Below are positions 1 to 12,503 of a stretch of DNA of 64,000 bases, piece by piece. Made by a program: the position numbers and the translations under genes. The notes below the pieces were generated by a model. The model was given only the letters and a program-made list of their open reading frames with translations. It did no database searches and was not told the DNA's origin. Position 1 is the stretch's first letter. Every line of letters begins with the position of its first letter. The stretch spans positions 2,480,001 to 2,544,000 of the forward strand of contig JBLDXI010000002.1 in NCBI GenBank assembly GCA_047495785.1, read 5' to 3'. Source of the stretch: Lepidodermella squamata (taxonomy: Eukaryota > Animalia > Gastrotricha).

Positions 1-11
1 CGAAAATAAGG

Positions 12-473
12 TTATACCTGACCAACGATTCCTATCACAATGACAAGTACCAGCAGTGATATTGCTGCAATTAATTGGACCTCATGTTCAGCGTGTTCAT
101 GCGACGGTTTTTTGCCGCTCGAGACAATCGATTGTTCGAGGGTCAAACCGCCATGAGGCGGGCCACCATGCGCGTTGTGGCCGCTGCTGGCGATATCAGC
201 CAGAACTGCGGTGTCCTCGTGACTACCAGCCGCTGCTAACATTGGCAATAACCGCGAGGCCCTAGTTGAAACTGTTGTCGCTGCTGTGAGCATCCAAGCG
301 GCTGACGCTGCTCTCGCCTCGTTGCTAACCACCGCCGGTCGACTCCTGTTTTGCTTCACCTGAGTTTCGGTGTATGAAAATGACGCTGATGCGATGATTC
401 CGCCATCACGCGGCGACCCAATCATTTTCGGCTCTTGTCGAGGTGTGTAGTAACCTCGCATGCTATTGATCAT
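12..473 (-). CDS. Probable 5' exon of a membrane protein running off the window start
   Basis: GC-rich ORF ending in a hydrophobic stretch (LIAAISLLVLVIVIGIVGQ) followed by a CAG|GTATAA donor-like site near position 17. No recognisable family; start uncertain. Confidence 0.35.
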   Translation of the reverse strand: MINSMRGYYTPRQEPKMIGSPRDGGIIASASFSYTETQVKQNRSRPAVVSNEARAASAAWMLTAATTVSTRASRLLPMLAAAGSHEDTAVLADIASSGHNAHGGPPHGGLTLEQSIVSSGKKPSHEHAEHEVQLIAAISLLVLVIVIGIVGQV

Positions 474-1614
474 GATAATTGTTTTGCTCTCAAAATTGCG
501 ACTATATTTAAAATTGAAAATTTTTACCGCGTGTTGCGTATGCGGGCCGCAGTAGACGGAGTACTAGTGCCCCAACGGGAGTCGGCGTCACCTGACGGCA
601 ATCGAAACGTTCCATTCTCGTAGAAATTTACCTGACTAATCATTATCGATGTCAATACGTCTCAAGGGCCATTGTGACGCTATATAACATCTATGATTAA
701 TAAATAAAAGGTGCAATTAGTGGGCATGCAAGGTCAGTTTTCAGCGGTAATAGAAGAAAATACTGACCAGAGCGATGACAAAAAAAACCGCACACGACAT
801 TTGAAGGAATGACATTATTATTGTGCGTCGAATAACAATTATTATTTTCCTTCCGCCTTGATCGATTGTGATGTTGTCGAATAATTAATAAGAAAGCAAA
901 ATGTCGCGTCGGCTTCGTTTACTTTTATGTCACCTGCGATGCTTGCCGGCTGTATGGTTTTCCACCACCATTTCCTACACTGATGCGATCAATTGTGACC
1001 GCGCGTGCGCCGGGCGGGCGACAAAAGCCATAAAAAATGGCGCAGAGCATACAAGAAAGTGTGCGTGATCCCATAAATATGCTCATGCGATACATTTTTG
1101 CGCAAATAATTGTTTTTACAGGCGAATAAAGTTATTAGGCGTCACGTTGGTCTCGTGCGTAATTTTGTTATAATATCTTGACTTGCGCGCCAAAAAATTG
1201 GCCTCGGTACAAAGTTATTGCATATTATTTGGAATAATTTGCAGCTTAAATGCTCATCTCATGGGGTCAGAAAAATGTGAGAAAATAGAAGGAACATACG
1301 CCACAAAAAACCGACTGTCTTTAAGTTGCATTCCGATTTATTTCCTGATTTGACGATCGTGAAGCTGTTCAGGTGTCCACAAATTTTCGATATTTTTCCT
1401 TGTCAGTTCTATTAATAATAGCACCGAGAAAGTGCTATCCGTTCTCCTTTTGTTTATTCATCAATTCAGGCTAAACAGTTGAGATTGGATTCGGTAAAAC
1501 CGCCCTCACAAAAGATGCAACAGCTAATAAAACGTAAATATTTACTGCGAAAGATTGAGAACAAACCCTGGTGCATCGGCCTATATCAATCGTGGCTATT
1601 TGTTGGCTGCGAAA

Positions 1615-2631
1615 ATGAAATTTCGGCTGATTTTCGTAGGCTTGATATTGAAAATTGTGAAGACCTCTTCATCAGATGTATCTTCGGCGCTTTTTTGTGA
1701 ACCTATCCAACAACTTCAGCCGGCAGTATGCGCCAATGCTATCGACTACAACGTCACTATTCGACCGAATCTATTCGGCCATATCAACCAAGAAGAAAGT
1801 CACAAAGCCGTAAAAAATCATGCGATTTTCTTTATTATTGATAAAAATAGATTTTTTTCGTAGTTACTCGAATATGGGAAGTTGTTCGGAAATGCCGAAA
1901 CCAGTTGTTCGGAACTTTTCGAACTCTTCGTCTGCGCCCTGTATCTACCGCAATGTGTGATTGTCGACGAGCCGGCCGATCAGCCGGCAATTGCTATGAA
2001 CACCTGTTATCACACGTTATGCATGGATGCGCGCGAGCAATGTCAACCATGGCTTTCAATTTACGGCATCTCATGGCCTTTCAATCTCGATTGCGACAAG
2101 TTGCTACCGTCCGACCCAGCCGACTGTTTTTACCCGATTTCAAAGTCCAACAGAGAGACTGAGGCGAAACTGGCTCATATTTTACAAGAACCGACGCCTA
2201 TGGTCACTTCAACCCACGCGAGTACTCACTCGACTCGTTCAGATTTTAACGTCTCCAAGGTAGAATCCGATTGGGTTAGAATAAATGCTGGCGGTAGAAT
2301 CTATCTATCGACGAGGGAAACAATGTGCCGAGGCGAAAGTCAAAATTCGCTAATTTTAAGAAAGCTCTTCGACTGCGAGACGATGGGCTCTCGAGCTGCT
2401 GAAAATCATCGTGACGAAGATGGTGCGTATTTAATCGATCGGGATTCGAATTATTTCAGGGTTATTCTGAACTTTTTGCGCACGGGCAAGGTCACCATCG
2501 ACGAGGGCATGGCAGATGAAGGTGTCTTGGAAGAGGCGAACTTTTTCAACTTGTCTTCTATGGTTAGGCTTGTCAAACGTCGGATTCGGCGCAAGCAGCA
2601 GTTGGCCGAACTAACTAGCAATTGCGACTGA
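1615..2631 (+). CDS. Signal peptide + Frizzled cysteine-rich domain + KCTD-type BTB/T1 domain protein (2 exons: 1615-1809, 1864-2631)
   Basis: MKFRLIFVGLIL N-terminus; CRD motifs CEPI..C...YNVT..PNLFGH.NQEE and LFVCALYLPQC..LC..AREQC..L..YGISWP..LDC; BTB motifs WVRINAGG and GAYLIDRDSNYFRVILNFLRTG..GVLEEANFFNL. GT-AG intron 1810-1863 keeps frame. Confidence 0.85.
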
Positions 2632-3170
2632 AAATTCGAACGATATTCAAAAAAAGTCCTCCTTAATAGAAAATTACTTGATCTCTCACAAACTAATTTC
2701 CTAATAAATATTGCGACCATGATGAACCCAAGCCAAATTTTTTTCTGCCTTTATATGCTGCCTCGGCCGGAGCTAGGATTCGGGTTTATTAGGCTTATTA
2801 ATCCTTAGCTTTTCTGTGGGAAAGGGTGCACGAGCGGGGTCAAGGGGCGATGCGGAGACATGAGGAACGTCGATGTGACTCGTCACTATATTTACCGACC
2901 ACTTGTCGCCGAAAGTAACTCTGCAAACAAAGCAGCTCATGCGCGCGTATCGTTGATGCGAAGTGCCAGCCGCAAAAAATGACAATTTATATTACAGCAT
3001 CACGAGCGATTTTTTTCGCGTTGATTGCGCGCATGAAAAAAACATATTTGCAATTAAGGCGGTGATGAATCAATTAACAACTGAATGTGATTATTCTCGG
3101 CCGTTTTTTTTTTAAGGTGGAGGATTCCTTATATCGCCGACGTCATACTTTTTCTTTTCATCCGTGAAAC

Positions 3171-3762
3171 ATGAAAGCGATCCACGTTCTGAGTCTAGTC
3201 GTTTTAGGTGGGTGCTGCCTCCTGATGGGCGCCGCGGAGGCTATTTCGTGCTTCAACGCGACTCACGCTGTCCCGGCTCATATCAGCGATTGGCTGCCCC
3301 GAGACGCCTACGTGATTGACGGCTGCGAATGCTGCTCGGTAATTTTATTAAAGCACCAAATTAGAAATTGAATTCGGGCTAAACAAATACCGAAATTGAT
3401 TGTCTAATTCTAAATTTAGTTTGATTGACAGTTTATTTAATATAATTTGACATTATGTCGATTTTAGTCTTCAAATATTTCATATTTTTCTTCAGCGCGA
3501 GGCGCACGTACACGACGGTGTGGTCATTTTCCGTTGGGGCTGCGCTGCTAAGCAAGCGTCAGGATGCGCCGACTCGGTCGCGTTCGCCCAAGATACGGCT
3601 GCCCATGGCGCCGCTGAGTCCTGCAAATGCTGCAGCCCATTGTGCAACAAACAGCGCCGATGCGTCGACCCAACCGCCTCGCCCCTACTTCAAATCTCGC
3701 CCCTGGCCCATCAGCAGCCACAGTTCCCCGTTGAAGCCGATCAATTTCATCAATTTTATTAA
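3171..3762 (+). CDS. Small secreted Ly6/uPAR (three-finger)-like Cys-rich protein (2 exons: 3171-3338, 3496-3762)
   Basis: Signal peptide ending AEA|ISCF, RWGC, terminal CCSPLCN motif typical of LU domains; phase-0 GT-AG intron 3339-3495. Confidence 0.7.
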
Positions 3763-3915
3763 AATAATTAATTTTAATTAATAGCTGTAGTTGAACCTAC
3801 GACACCGATGCTAAGTTAAAACTGCCATTTTTTCCGGTTTTACTGAAAACATAAATTACAATAAAATTGTTAACCGTCGTTTCCAATCACTAATTCAGCT
3901 CTGAGGCAGTTTAGT

Positions 3916-6504
3916 TCAGCGAGGGCCGTAATCATCAGGACGGTGGGAACTTATCGGGCTAGACATGAATTCTTGCGGAATCTGCGAAAAGGTAACAGGG
4001 CTAGTCTGAGGCGATGTCGGGCTACCAACACGGATGCGAGCCATTTGCGTTGTAACCTCAGCCAGAAGAGGCTCCATACTTTCCGCACCGGGGTAAACCA
4101 TTCGGCACAGGTCCATCAGGCGTAGCATTTTCGTCGTATACAAACCGAATATAGCGACTTGGTCTAGAATGGTCTCGACCCGTTTTCGAGCGGCTAGTGG
4201 CGTCGATTGATGCGCCAACATTTCGACGGCCCGCAGGTAATCTTCGGCGATTAATTTTACCTTGGCGGATTCGACAAGGCCAGGTAAATCCGGGTTGAAA
4301 AACAGCAAACCGGCGATGAGGCCGAATTCCGCGACATTGACGCCCGCATTTTTCAAACTTCGCCCGGAATCTCGAGAGCCTGCGTCTGCTCTCTGGAGGC
4401 AAAAATAACATAAAAAATCAAGAAATTGAAAAATCGACTCACAGCAACAAGAATACTTCGAGATCTCGCCAGAGCCATACTCTGGGCATCGAGGTTGAAT
4501 ACGAGCGCTGTATCTGTGACAGGGTCGTAGTCGATGGATAATTGGAGTACTAGGATTGGGAATAGGGCGTTGCTGAAGAGCAGAATTCGATCGTTGACAT
4601 TGGTGAGCCAGTCGAAACCAGGCAAGTTTCGCGTGAATTGGAGCCCATATTTGAAGCACATGACAAAATTTCCCATCACTTCGCGCCAAATTTCCATTGG
4701 ACCCATTGTTTCTGTTGCATGGCATCGTTCCTTTTAAAAAATAACAAAACTAATAAGAAAACCTCAAAAATAAAAAATAGAAAATAAATAGAAATAACAA
4801 AAATATTAAAAACTGTTATAATCAAAATTTAAAAAAATTCAGAAAAATTAAATAAAAGTATAAAATAAATATGTTTACTTCGCTCATTTTAGCGAGAATT
4901 TTGGTAGCCTGAACAACTTTTCCAATGAGCCACTCGGTCCTTGCGCCTTGATCAAGGGACAATTGCCGGCAATAGGGAAGCGGCGATGGGGGGTTAGCCA
5001 GGAACCTTTCGTAAATCCTCAACGGATCCATCTCAGTCGGAAGCCATTTGTATCCATTGCGCTCTAATTGCTGTAGATCGATGACGCCCGACCCAGAGTT
5101 GTACAGCCACAGGAGATTTGCTGTTGGGAGTGAAGCGTTGCTGTCGGATCTCTTCTCCCTGCGAATCGTATCTATCAGCTCGCTGTACTTGTTGAAAATG
5201 GACGGCGCAACCACAGCGACGGCTTTACCTCCCGAAGAAGATTGAGTTGAAGAGCTGTTAGTGCTGTTTGTCTCGAAAGAAGCGTCGTTAGCAACGCGCA
5301 TCGCGCCGGTTGAAAACGACGGTCCGGTAGCTTCGAAAGACGCTGGAAATTCGCTCCTGGTTTGCTCGAAAGACGGCGTTTGAACTATCGAACTAGGAGT
5401 TTGGACGGGCGCTACGATTTGCTGTATTTCTTGCTGTTGTGAAGGCGCGATTGTTTTACCGCTGTAATACTCTTTCACGGCTTCTCGTATGGCTCTTTTC
5501 TGTGCTTGAGATCGGCGACCTGCGACTGATCCGAAGGGAGACATTCCAACGGCCATGCATTTCGCGATCCGACAAGCAGCGCATCGCATTCGGCTTTGCG
5601 AAACACGGCTGATTTGCGAAAGGGATGACCCGTTATCGAAACATTTCCCTCCAGTCAGGCAACACGAGGTCCCGGGGAAGATACCAGCTCGCCCCTGGGT
5701 ACTACCTCGAGCCCAAGCTCCAGAGTTATTGTTGTTAGGACCTCCGAGGCGACGGGCGAAACGACCGTAAAAAGCCTTGCAAGCATCGCACGTAACAGCT
5801 CCGAAATGAACCTGAAATTCGAAGTTAATTAAGGTGGATTTAGAATTGAGAAATTAATAATTTATACCCCGGTGGCTGCCCATCCACAAACAGAGCATGG
5901 CAATTTGGAAACATCTAGGTTGTCCATTTCACTAGAATCCAAGCCGTCGCTGTTTCTTGATTTTGGATCCAAGGGAAATTTCGTCTCGTCCATATTCGCC
6001 TCGTCATCGCTCTCGCTTTTTCGGCTAAATACGGCGTCAACATTTCTCGTTACACTACTGCTAGCGGTTACTCCGAAAACCAGCGGCTTTTCAGCCTCAG
6101 CGAATCCGGCTTGAAGACACCGCCGGTACCGGCATGATTTGCAAATCGAATGCGACCGGGCAGCAGCAGCAGCAGTTGGCGACTCATCCTCAGCAGTTGT
6201 TACCTCAGGCTTCACTGCATTGGAAGGCGACGCCTTGAACTTACACATACATGGCGCTAATTCCAGCCGTTCATTCGATTTCATAGAGTGTCGATAGAAA
6301 AATTTCTGGAAATAAAATCAAGCATAAAATCGAATTATAATTCCGTTTATAAGAAGGTCATACTCGACACGCTTGGCACAGCTTTTGCCGGCTCGTTGAT
6401 GCATTGAGCGTGATAGGAAATTCACAGGCGTAGCAAGTTTGCTGAAACATATCAAGAGTCGCGTAATCTTCGTTTTTAACTGGCAGACAGTCTAAGCTAA
6501 GCAT
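3916..6504 (-). CDS. Nuclear receptor with two tandem C4 DNA-binding domains (2DBD-NR-like); exons 6504-6364, 6305-5868, 5811-4879, 4730-4443, 4392-3916
   Basis: DBD1 CYAC-x15-CQACRKFFYRHS...CKSCRYRRCLQAG; DBD2 CSVC-x13-CDACKAFYGR...RCAACRIAKCMAVGM; LBD signature FTRNLPGF..L...DRILL and EFGLIAGLLFFNPDLPGL. All four introns GT-AG and frame-consistent. Confidence 0.85.
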
Positions 6505-7893
6505 AATGTTTGAATTTAGGTATCTAATTCACGGATAATACGTTTCCCCCTTATAACTACTACTCACGCATTTGTTGGGAAAAACTCATTTCTGTCACAT
6601 AAGCGCGTCATGCAATCGATTGAAATATGAAGACACTAGCATCAGTGCGAGTCGAAATATAGGGCGGTTGTAGGTGATTATTGCACCATCATCGATCGGT
6701 CGTGCGCACACTATGTCTACGGGAGTGTGCGTTTATATGAGGTACTGCAAATTATTGAGCTGTCATTCAGCTTCCAGCAATATAACGCTAATAATAGCGA
6801 AGGTAACATCAAGCCATTATGTTGATTGCTTCTCTCGAATTAAAAGTGTCACTGACAATTTTATCAGCGATAAGGATTTCAAAGCTGAGTTCCTTAAGCA
6901 ACAAAAAAACTGCTTGAAAACGTTTAAAAAGTACGGAAATTCAACGATTCGATGTGCGAGTAAATATGTTTATAAGGGATGAGCCGTTTCTCAAATTAAA
7001 GAGAATCAGCATGGTTCTACCTTAATTTGTAAGCGTGGGAATCATTGCGTAGGAACACCTGATATAAAGTTGGCTTCTGATTATATTTCGTAAGAATATA
7101 ATCGGCGATTTAAGCCTTTGATCGTTTCCGAATTTAGTTTGAGCACTCGAGCAAAAGCGACATTCATCACAGGATTAGCAGCGCGTTGTCACCTTTTCTG
7201 TTCTTGACCCTAGGACGGACGGATCCGCGTACGTTAATCGGGCATATGATGAGCTTTTATTGTCTGTGTTTTGCGGACATGCGTGGTACATTAATATCAA
7301 ATTTCTCTCTTCGTCTCCGAAAAATGCACGTGTTTCCCGTTTGTTTAGTTGAGAGCCTGAAAATATTTCACACCATTACACATATTAAGGGAGTCTTTTT
7401 TGATAATCGAATGATCCGCTGTCTCACATTTGTTCGTGATTGACCAATATTTTCTCTCGAATTATGACATTTACAAAAATAGGAAAGGTCTCGTGATCAC
7501 AAGGGAGACGCACCTGCCAATCACCGCTGTACCTTATATCTGTTGACAATAAAAATGAAACCGCGGAGCAAGGATTGTTGTGTAAAAATATTTAAACAGG
7601 GCCGATGAAATGTTAACAGCAATAATAATCAGTGCCTTCGAGGCGGCGCGTTGCTTTGTGCCCGGGCGCGTGTTTATACACGGCGGCCCTTTGGGTGCGA
7701 CGCGGTGGCTAATTTGCAAAATTATTAAAAACTAAACGCGTAAAACGGTGTCAACATATCTGCAGGCGTAAACTAAAACACATCACTTATTTATTAATTA
7801 GATACCGACGCGCACTAATTTTTGCGCTCACGCCTCAACCTCATCAACAAAATATCAGGAAAAATCTGAATCTTGTTGAAAGTAATAAAAACC

Positions 7894-10800
7894 ATGAAGG
7901 TAGCGTTCTTTTTATTGGTAACTTTGAATATTCTCATCGCGATATCATCGGTAAAATCAGGTATTGAGAAATTGAATTTCGAACAAAAAACAACCGATGC
8001 TTTTTCTTCAGCCTGTGTTGTCCCGAACAAAACTCTGCCGTTATCAGCGTATACATTCCGCCCTTCTACCCTTCAAGTAAAGCCTAAAATTTCACCCAAT
8101 ATACAAAAAGTTGAATTTTTACAGATTTTCACCGGATTGCGGTTGACTTGCAGCGGATTTCTGACAGGTTGGCGGGTGATTTTGACCACGCCAAAGCAAA
8201 TCAGCAAGATAAGCGGCGTTTACCTGGCCGTGTTTCGCCAATTAACCGCGTCGAAATTTCAGCTAATGGGCATCACCGAGGTGAATCACGCTACGCCGAG
8301 CAATAACAACAGCAGTAGGAAAGACGATAGCCGCGTTAGTTGGGAGGTGATACCCGCTCGGCCGCAATTTCCAGTCCAACGAGGCGATGTTCTAGGGATT
8401 TTCTATAAACGATGGTTCATCAGCGAGCGCGAGGTGTCGATTCCTGTTGCAAGCGAGGAGAATGTCGACCCGTCAACTCTGCCGACTTTTGTCGCGATGA
8501 AAGACTGGTACGACGTATCTGACGCGTTGCAAACAGGTGGAGTCCTATCTATGAGTGACAGTGGTATTGTTAGACGTCTACCAGCTCTTCAAGCCTATGT
8601 TAACGTCGGAAGTAAGAAATTTAAGCTGAAATTCAATGATATTTTTAATAAATTTTTATTACAGTTTGTGGAAATGCAAGGTTCGATTTTACAATAATTT
8701 AAAGGATTTTCGCGACCATTTATTTTAGGGTGGAAGATGCTGAGGAATGTGATGATTCAAACACATCTGACAACGATGGTTGTAGCTCGTAAGTTGGCAC
8801 AATTTCTCATGGAAAATATTTAAATTTTTTTTATATTTTGCCGAAGTCTTTGCCGGGAAGAGCCCAACTCAGGTTCTACTTCAGCAATATCCCCGGATGC
8901 TTGGAACGTCGTCAACGTCTGCGGAAATGGGGTAGCCGAACCTCCGGCTGAAGAGTGCGATGATGGGAATCGCGTAAATGGTATATAAAAAATTACCTAA
9001 ATTCCCTGAAAATTAATTCTTAATCGAACTAAGGCGACGGTTGTTCCTCGCGATGCAAACTTGAAGACCCTGAAGGACCGACATGTGGCAATAACAAGCA
9101 AGAACCTGGCGAGCAATGTGATGACGGTAATAATCGTGATGGCGACGGTTGTTCGACGGATTGTCGAAAGGAGCAATTAGCTGTCTGTGGAAACCAGGTA
9201 AAATTCCTCTTTCCGCCGTTTTAAATTAAAAAATCTTCATTCTTTTACCCCAGATTTTGGAAATCGGAGAACAGTGCGACGACGGGAATCTAATAAATCG
9301 TAAATTTGCGTAAAACTATTGCGAATTTCGGAAATTTGAATTTTTTCAGAGGATGGCTGCTCGTCGAAATGTTTGCTCGAAGGTCTCGGAGCTTGTGGAG
9401 ACTTGATACTGGATATTTCTGAAGAATGCGATGATGGAAACGTTCTTGGAGGTAAAAATGACCTCCCTTTACCTCACATCGATAATTAATTTCGTTATCC
9501 CTTTAATTTATAGGCGATGGCTGTTCTAGTAATTGCACAAAAGAAATTTGCGGCAACGGTGTTTTGGACGCTAATGAAGAATGCGATTATTTGTTGGCGA
9601 AGGAAACGCTGAATTCCCTAACATGCAGCCTCAGTTGCAAGTTTGAACGGTGTGGTAATGGGATATTGGACCCTTACGAGCAGTGCGACGATGGTAATAA
9701 CGTTGCGGGGGACAACTGCTCGCCAAATTGCACCCTGGAAATCTGCGGAAACGGTGTTCGAGAAGGTTCCGAAGAGGTTGGCTCGGCTATTGATTAAATT
9801 TCCTTAATTTATGACAATGTTTTATTACAGTGCGATGACGGAAATGCTGAGGCGAATGACGGCTGCTCAAATGTGTGTACGGTGGTCGAAGTTGTTCAGC
9901 CCACGTCAGCTAAGCAAAGTTGGATACCCTCGGCAGCTCCGGAATCTATCGCAGCCGTTGCTATAGGTGTCCCAGAATTTATGACATTTGAAGCGGAAAC
10001 TACCTCGACATCGTCTTCGAGCACGACTTCGACATCTACAACAACAGTAACGACTACAACCTCGGAAAGGGTAACGCCTTATATCCCACCCCCAGCTGCC
10101 CCAATGGTTGATTTTTCCAACTTCCCTGAGGGTGAAACTTTCGAGTTGGGAGGGGTAGCGCTGTCAGCCGCTCCTATGGAAACTTCGACTGAACCCGCCC
10201 CGACCTATGTTGCTCCTGTTTACCGAGCTCGGTCATCTTCTCGATTACACAGCCTTGAAGGCCAGTTAAGAATAATTCCGCCTAAACCTTCATCGCGACT
10301 TCGAAATGACGCGTTTAAACTGCCTGATTTCTTCATTAGTCGGAAAACAACGGCGAAACGGCAGCAACAAAATTTTTACTACAAACCGCAGGATCAGCTT
10401 GTTTATCATGAGCAGCTGCTTTTGACTACGACTCCGGCGTTGGAGACCGCAACTGAACTATCGACCACAGCTGTTAACAAAGCTGAAACATCCCTGACGA
10501 CCACTCGTGAAATCAAAGTTGATTTGAACAGCCCAAAAGTTTCGCCGAGTAAGACCAATTTAAATAATTTCAAACTCTCCCTCAGACAAATTTTGAACTG
10601 TTTAAACTGTTTAAACTATTTTTCTATTAATCTACTAATTTTCGAAGGCCACTAAATTTCGGTTCGATCATTGAAAATTCGGTGAATTTGCAGAAAATAC
10701 CAAAGATTAACGAACAGACCCGAAATTCCGTGAATACAAAACCGATACGAAATTCCCTGTTCCCTGAACATTTCGGGGTAATCATTAATTTTCGAAAAAA

Positions 10801-11291
10801 TTTGACCTTAAAAATTTGAAACGTTGGTGTAACGTACCGCTTCGCGTTCAAATCTGGTTTTTCGAAAACAATTTACAATTTACATAAAAATTAGCTTTAT
10901 GTAATGTTAGGTTTTGGCACGGGTTTCGCCATCCCTGTTGTCTGTGTACTTATTATGCCTATGACTAATGCATGCACCACAGATAGTGGAAGCCCCTCGG
11001 GGTCAAACATGATAGTTAGCGGCTAGACTGAAGAAGATCAAATGACAATTAATCTTATCAAAATCAATTTCAGAATGCCTTGAAGCTCCATCGTTAAGTG
11101 GGACTTGTCGCGATCAGCCTGAAATTCGCTGGTTTTACAACGCCATCTCTCACCACTGTGACTGGTTCTACGACAAATCGTGCTACGCCGGCGCGAATTA
11201 CTTCAGCTCAAAAAATGACTGCATGTCTGCGTGTGGTTTGCTTGTCTCCGAAAAAGACTTACTCTTCGACATTCCAAATCCAGTAGCTTAG
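7894..11291 (+). CDS. Secreted multidomain protein: signal peptide, unidentified N-domain, 8 Myxococcus-type Cys-rich (DUF4215-like) repeats, Thr/Ser-rich stalk, C-terminal Kunitz domain
   Basis: [19 protein letters not shown]; repeats CGNG..(D/E)..E(E/Q)CDDGN...DGCS..C over 8665-9890; last exon 11074-11291 (phase-1 join to donor after 10548) encodes [53 protein letters not shown]. Confidence 0.8.
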
Positions 11292-11644
11292 CAAATTATT
11301 GTCTCCACCTTGAAACCGCTAATGTTTTAATTTTACGTCGTTTTGTCACAATATACGTTGGGTCACGTTATTTGCACGATATATTCAGTTTGCTTTTGTT
11401 TCATTTGACAGAGAAAAAAGCTAATAAAATGTCATCATTATAATTATTTATTTTTCGTCATTAAGGTGGATGTTGATAATTGTCCTTTTCAGCGGAAGTT
11501 GGTTTTTAATTATTATTATAATTCTCAATCAATAAATTTTTAATCGCCAGCGGCAGATTTTCAAAGAGACAACAAAAACAATGCAATAATAATAGTAACA
11601 ATGACAGAGTTTTAGCTTCGTCGCGGTTTGAAGCTGCCGGATTC

Positions 11645-11866
11645 TCACGAAGACAAGTGGCGTCTGGCCAGGTGAATAGCCGCCACAGCGACAGCAGCGC
11701 CGAGCAACAGTTTGCCATAGCCGCTGTTTTCCTCACGGCTCTTGCTATCAGAGCCTTTCAACGCCGAGTTGACGAGCACAGCACCGCCGGCTACAACCGT
11801 CGCAAGAGCTACGAGATCGACAGGCTTGGCATGCTCCAAGTGCCTTTTAACAACGGCGACCACCAT
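11645..11866 (-). CDS. 73-aa small protein with two hydrophobic segments
   Basis: GC-rich ORF in AT-rich flanks, AAAAATGG start context; LVALATVVAGGAVLV and LLLGAAVAVAAIHL segments. No family recognised. Confidence 0.5.
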   Translation of the reverse strand: MVVAVVKRHLEHAKPVDLVALATVVAGGAVLVNSALKGSDSKSREENSGYGKLLLGAAVAVAAIHLARRHLSS

Positions 11867-12503
11867 TTTTCACACAGGTTCAAAAAAATGTGATAAAAAT
11901 CTGAGAATGAAAGCGGGGTAGATGAAATAATTCAATTAAAAATGTGGTAATGCGGCGGTCCATTATATTTTTTTAGCGACGACCTCAATAAACAGGTGAT
12001 GAGATCAGTTTCGACCTATTAACAAGTGGTTTTACGACGGGCTTCTGCTGCTGCTCTAATGTGGTTCAGAATGAATGCAATGCCATTATGCTATCACTAT
12101 ATTCTACATCAAGTTGATAATAAGGGCTCAAGTACTACTGGCTTCGACTAGCTATTATAATGCTCGTTTTTTTTATCTTGCTCGCTCGACGTATATTATA
12201 GTATATGCTGCGGGAATGAATGTTGTATAATGATAAAATACACAAAAACATTTTCTGGCCGTTTTTGTTGGACAGCAGCCGTAGTTCGGCGCGGGTGTGT
12301 ACGATGAGCCATTTGCTCGGTAAATAAAGGTGTTAGGCTGGTCTAAATAGTAAAATACCCTAAAACGATACAGGCATATACAGATCAAATAGTGCCGAAT
12401 CATCCTTTTTATTTGTTATCAAATCACCAAAGTGCCTAGTATAAAATCAACATAAGTTAAATTGATTGAAATTGCAAGTTTTAAGGTGGATAAAATCACA
12501 AGT

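Noticed and set aside
10650-10800. Recurrent AATTTCGG/CCGAAATT words in the long intron before the Kunitz exon
   Set aside because: Possibly a decayed MITE, but no definable termini or TSD.
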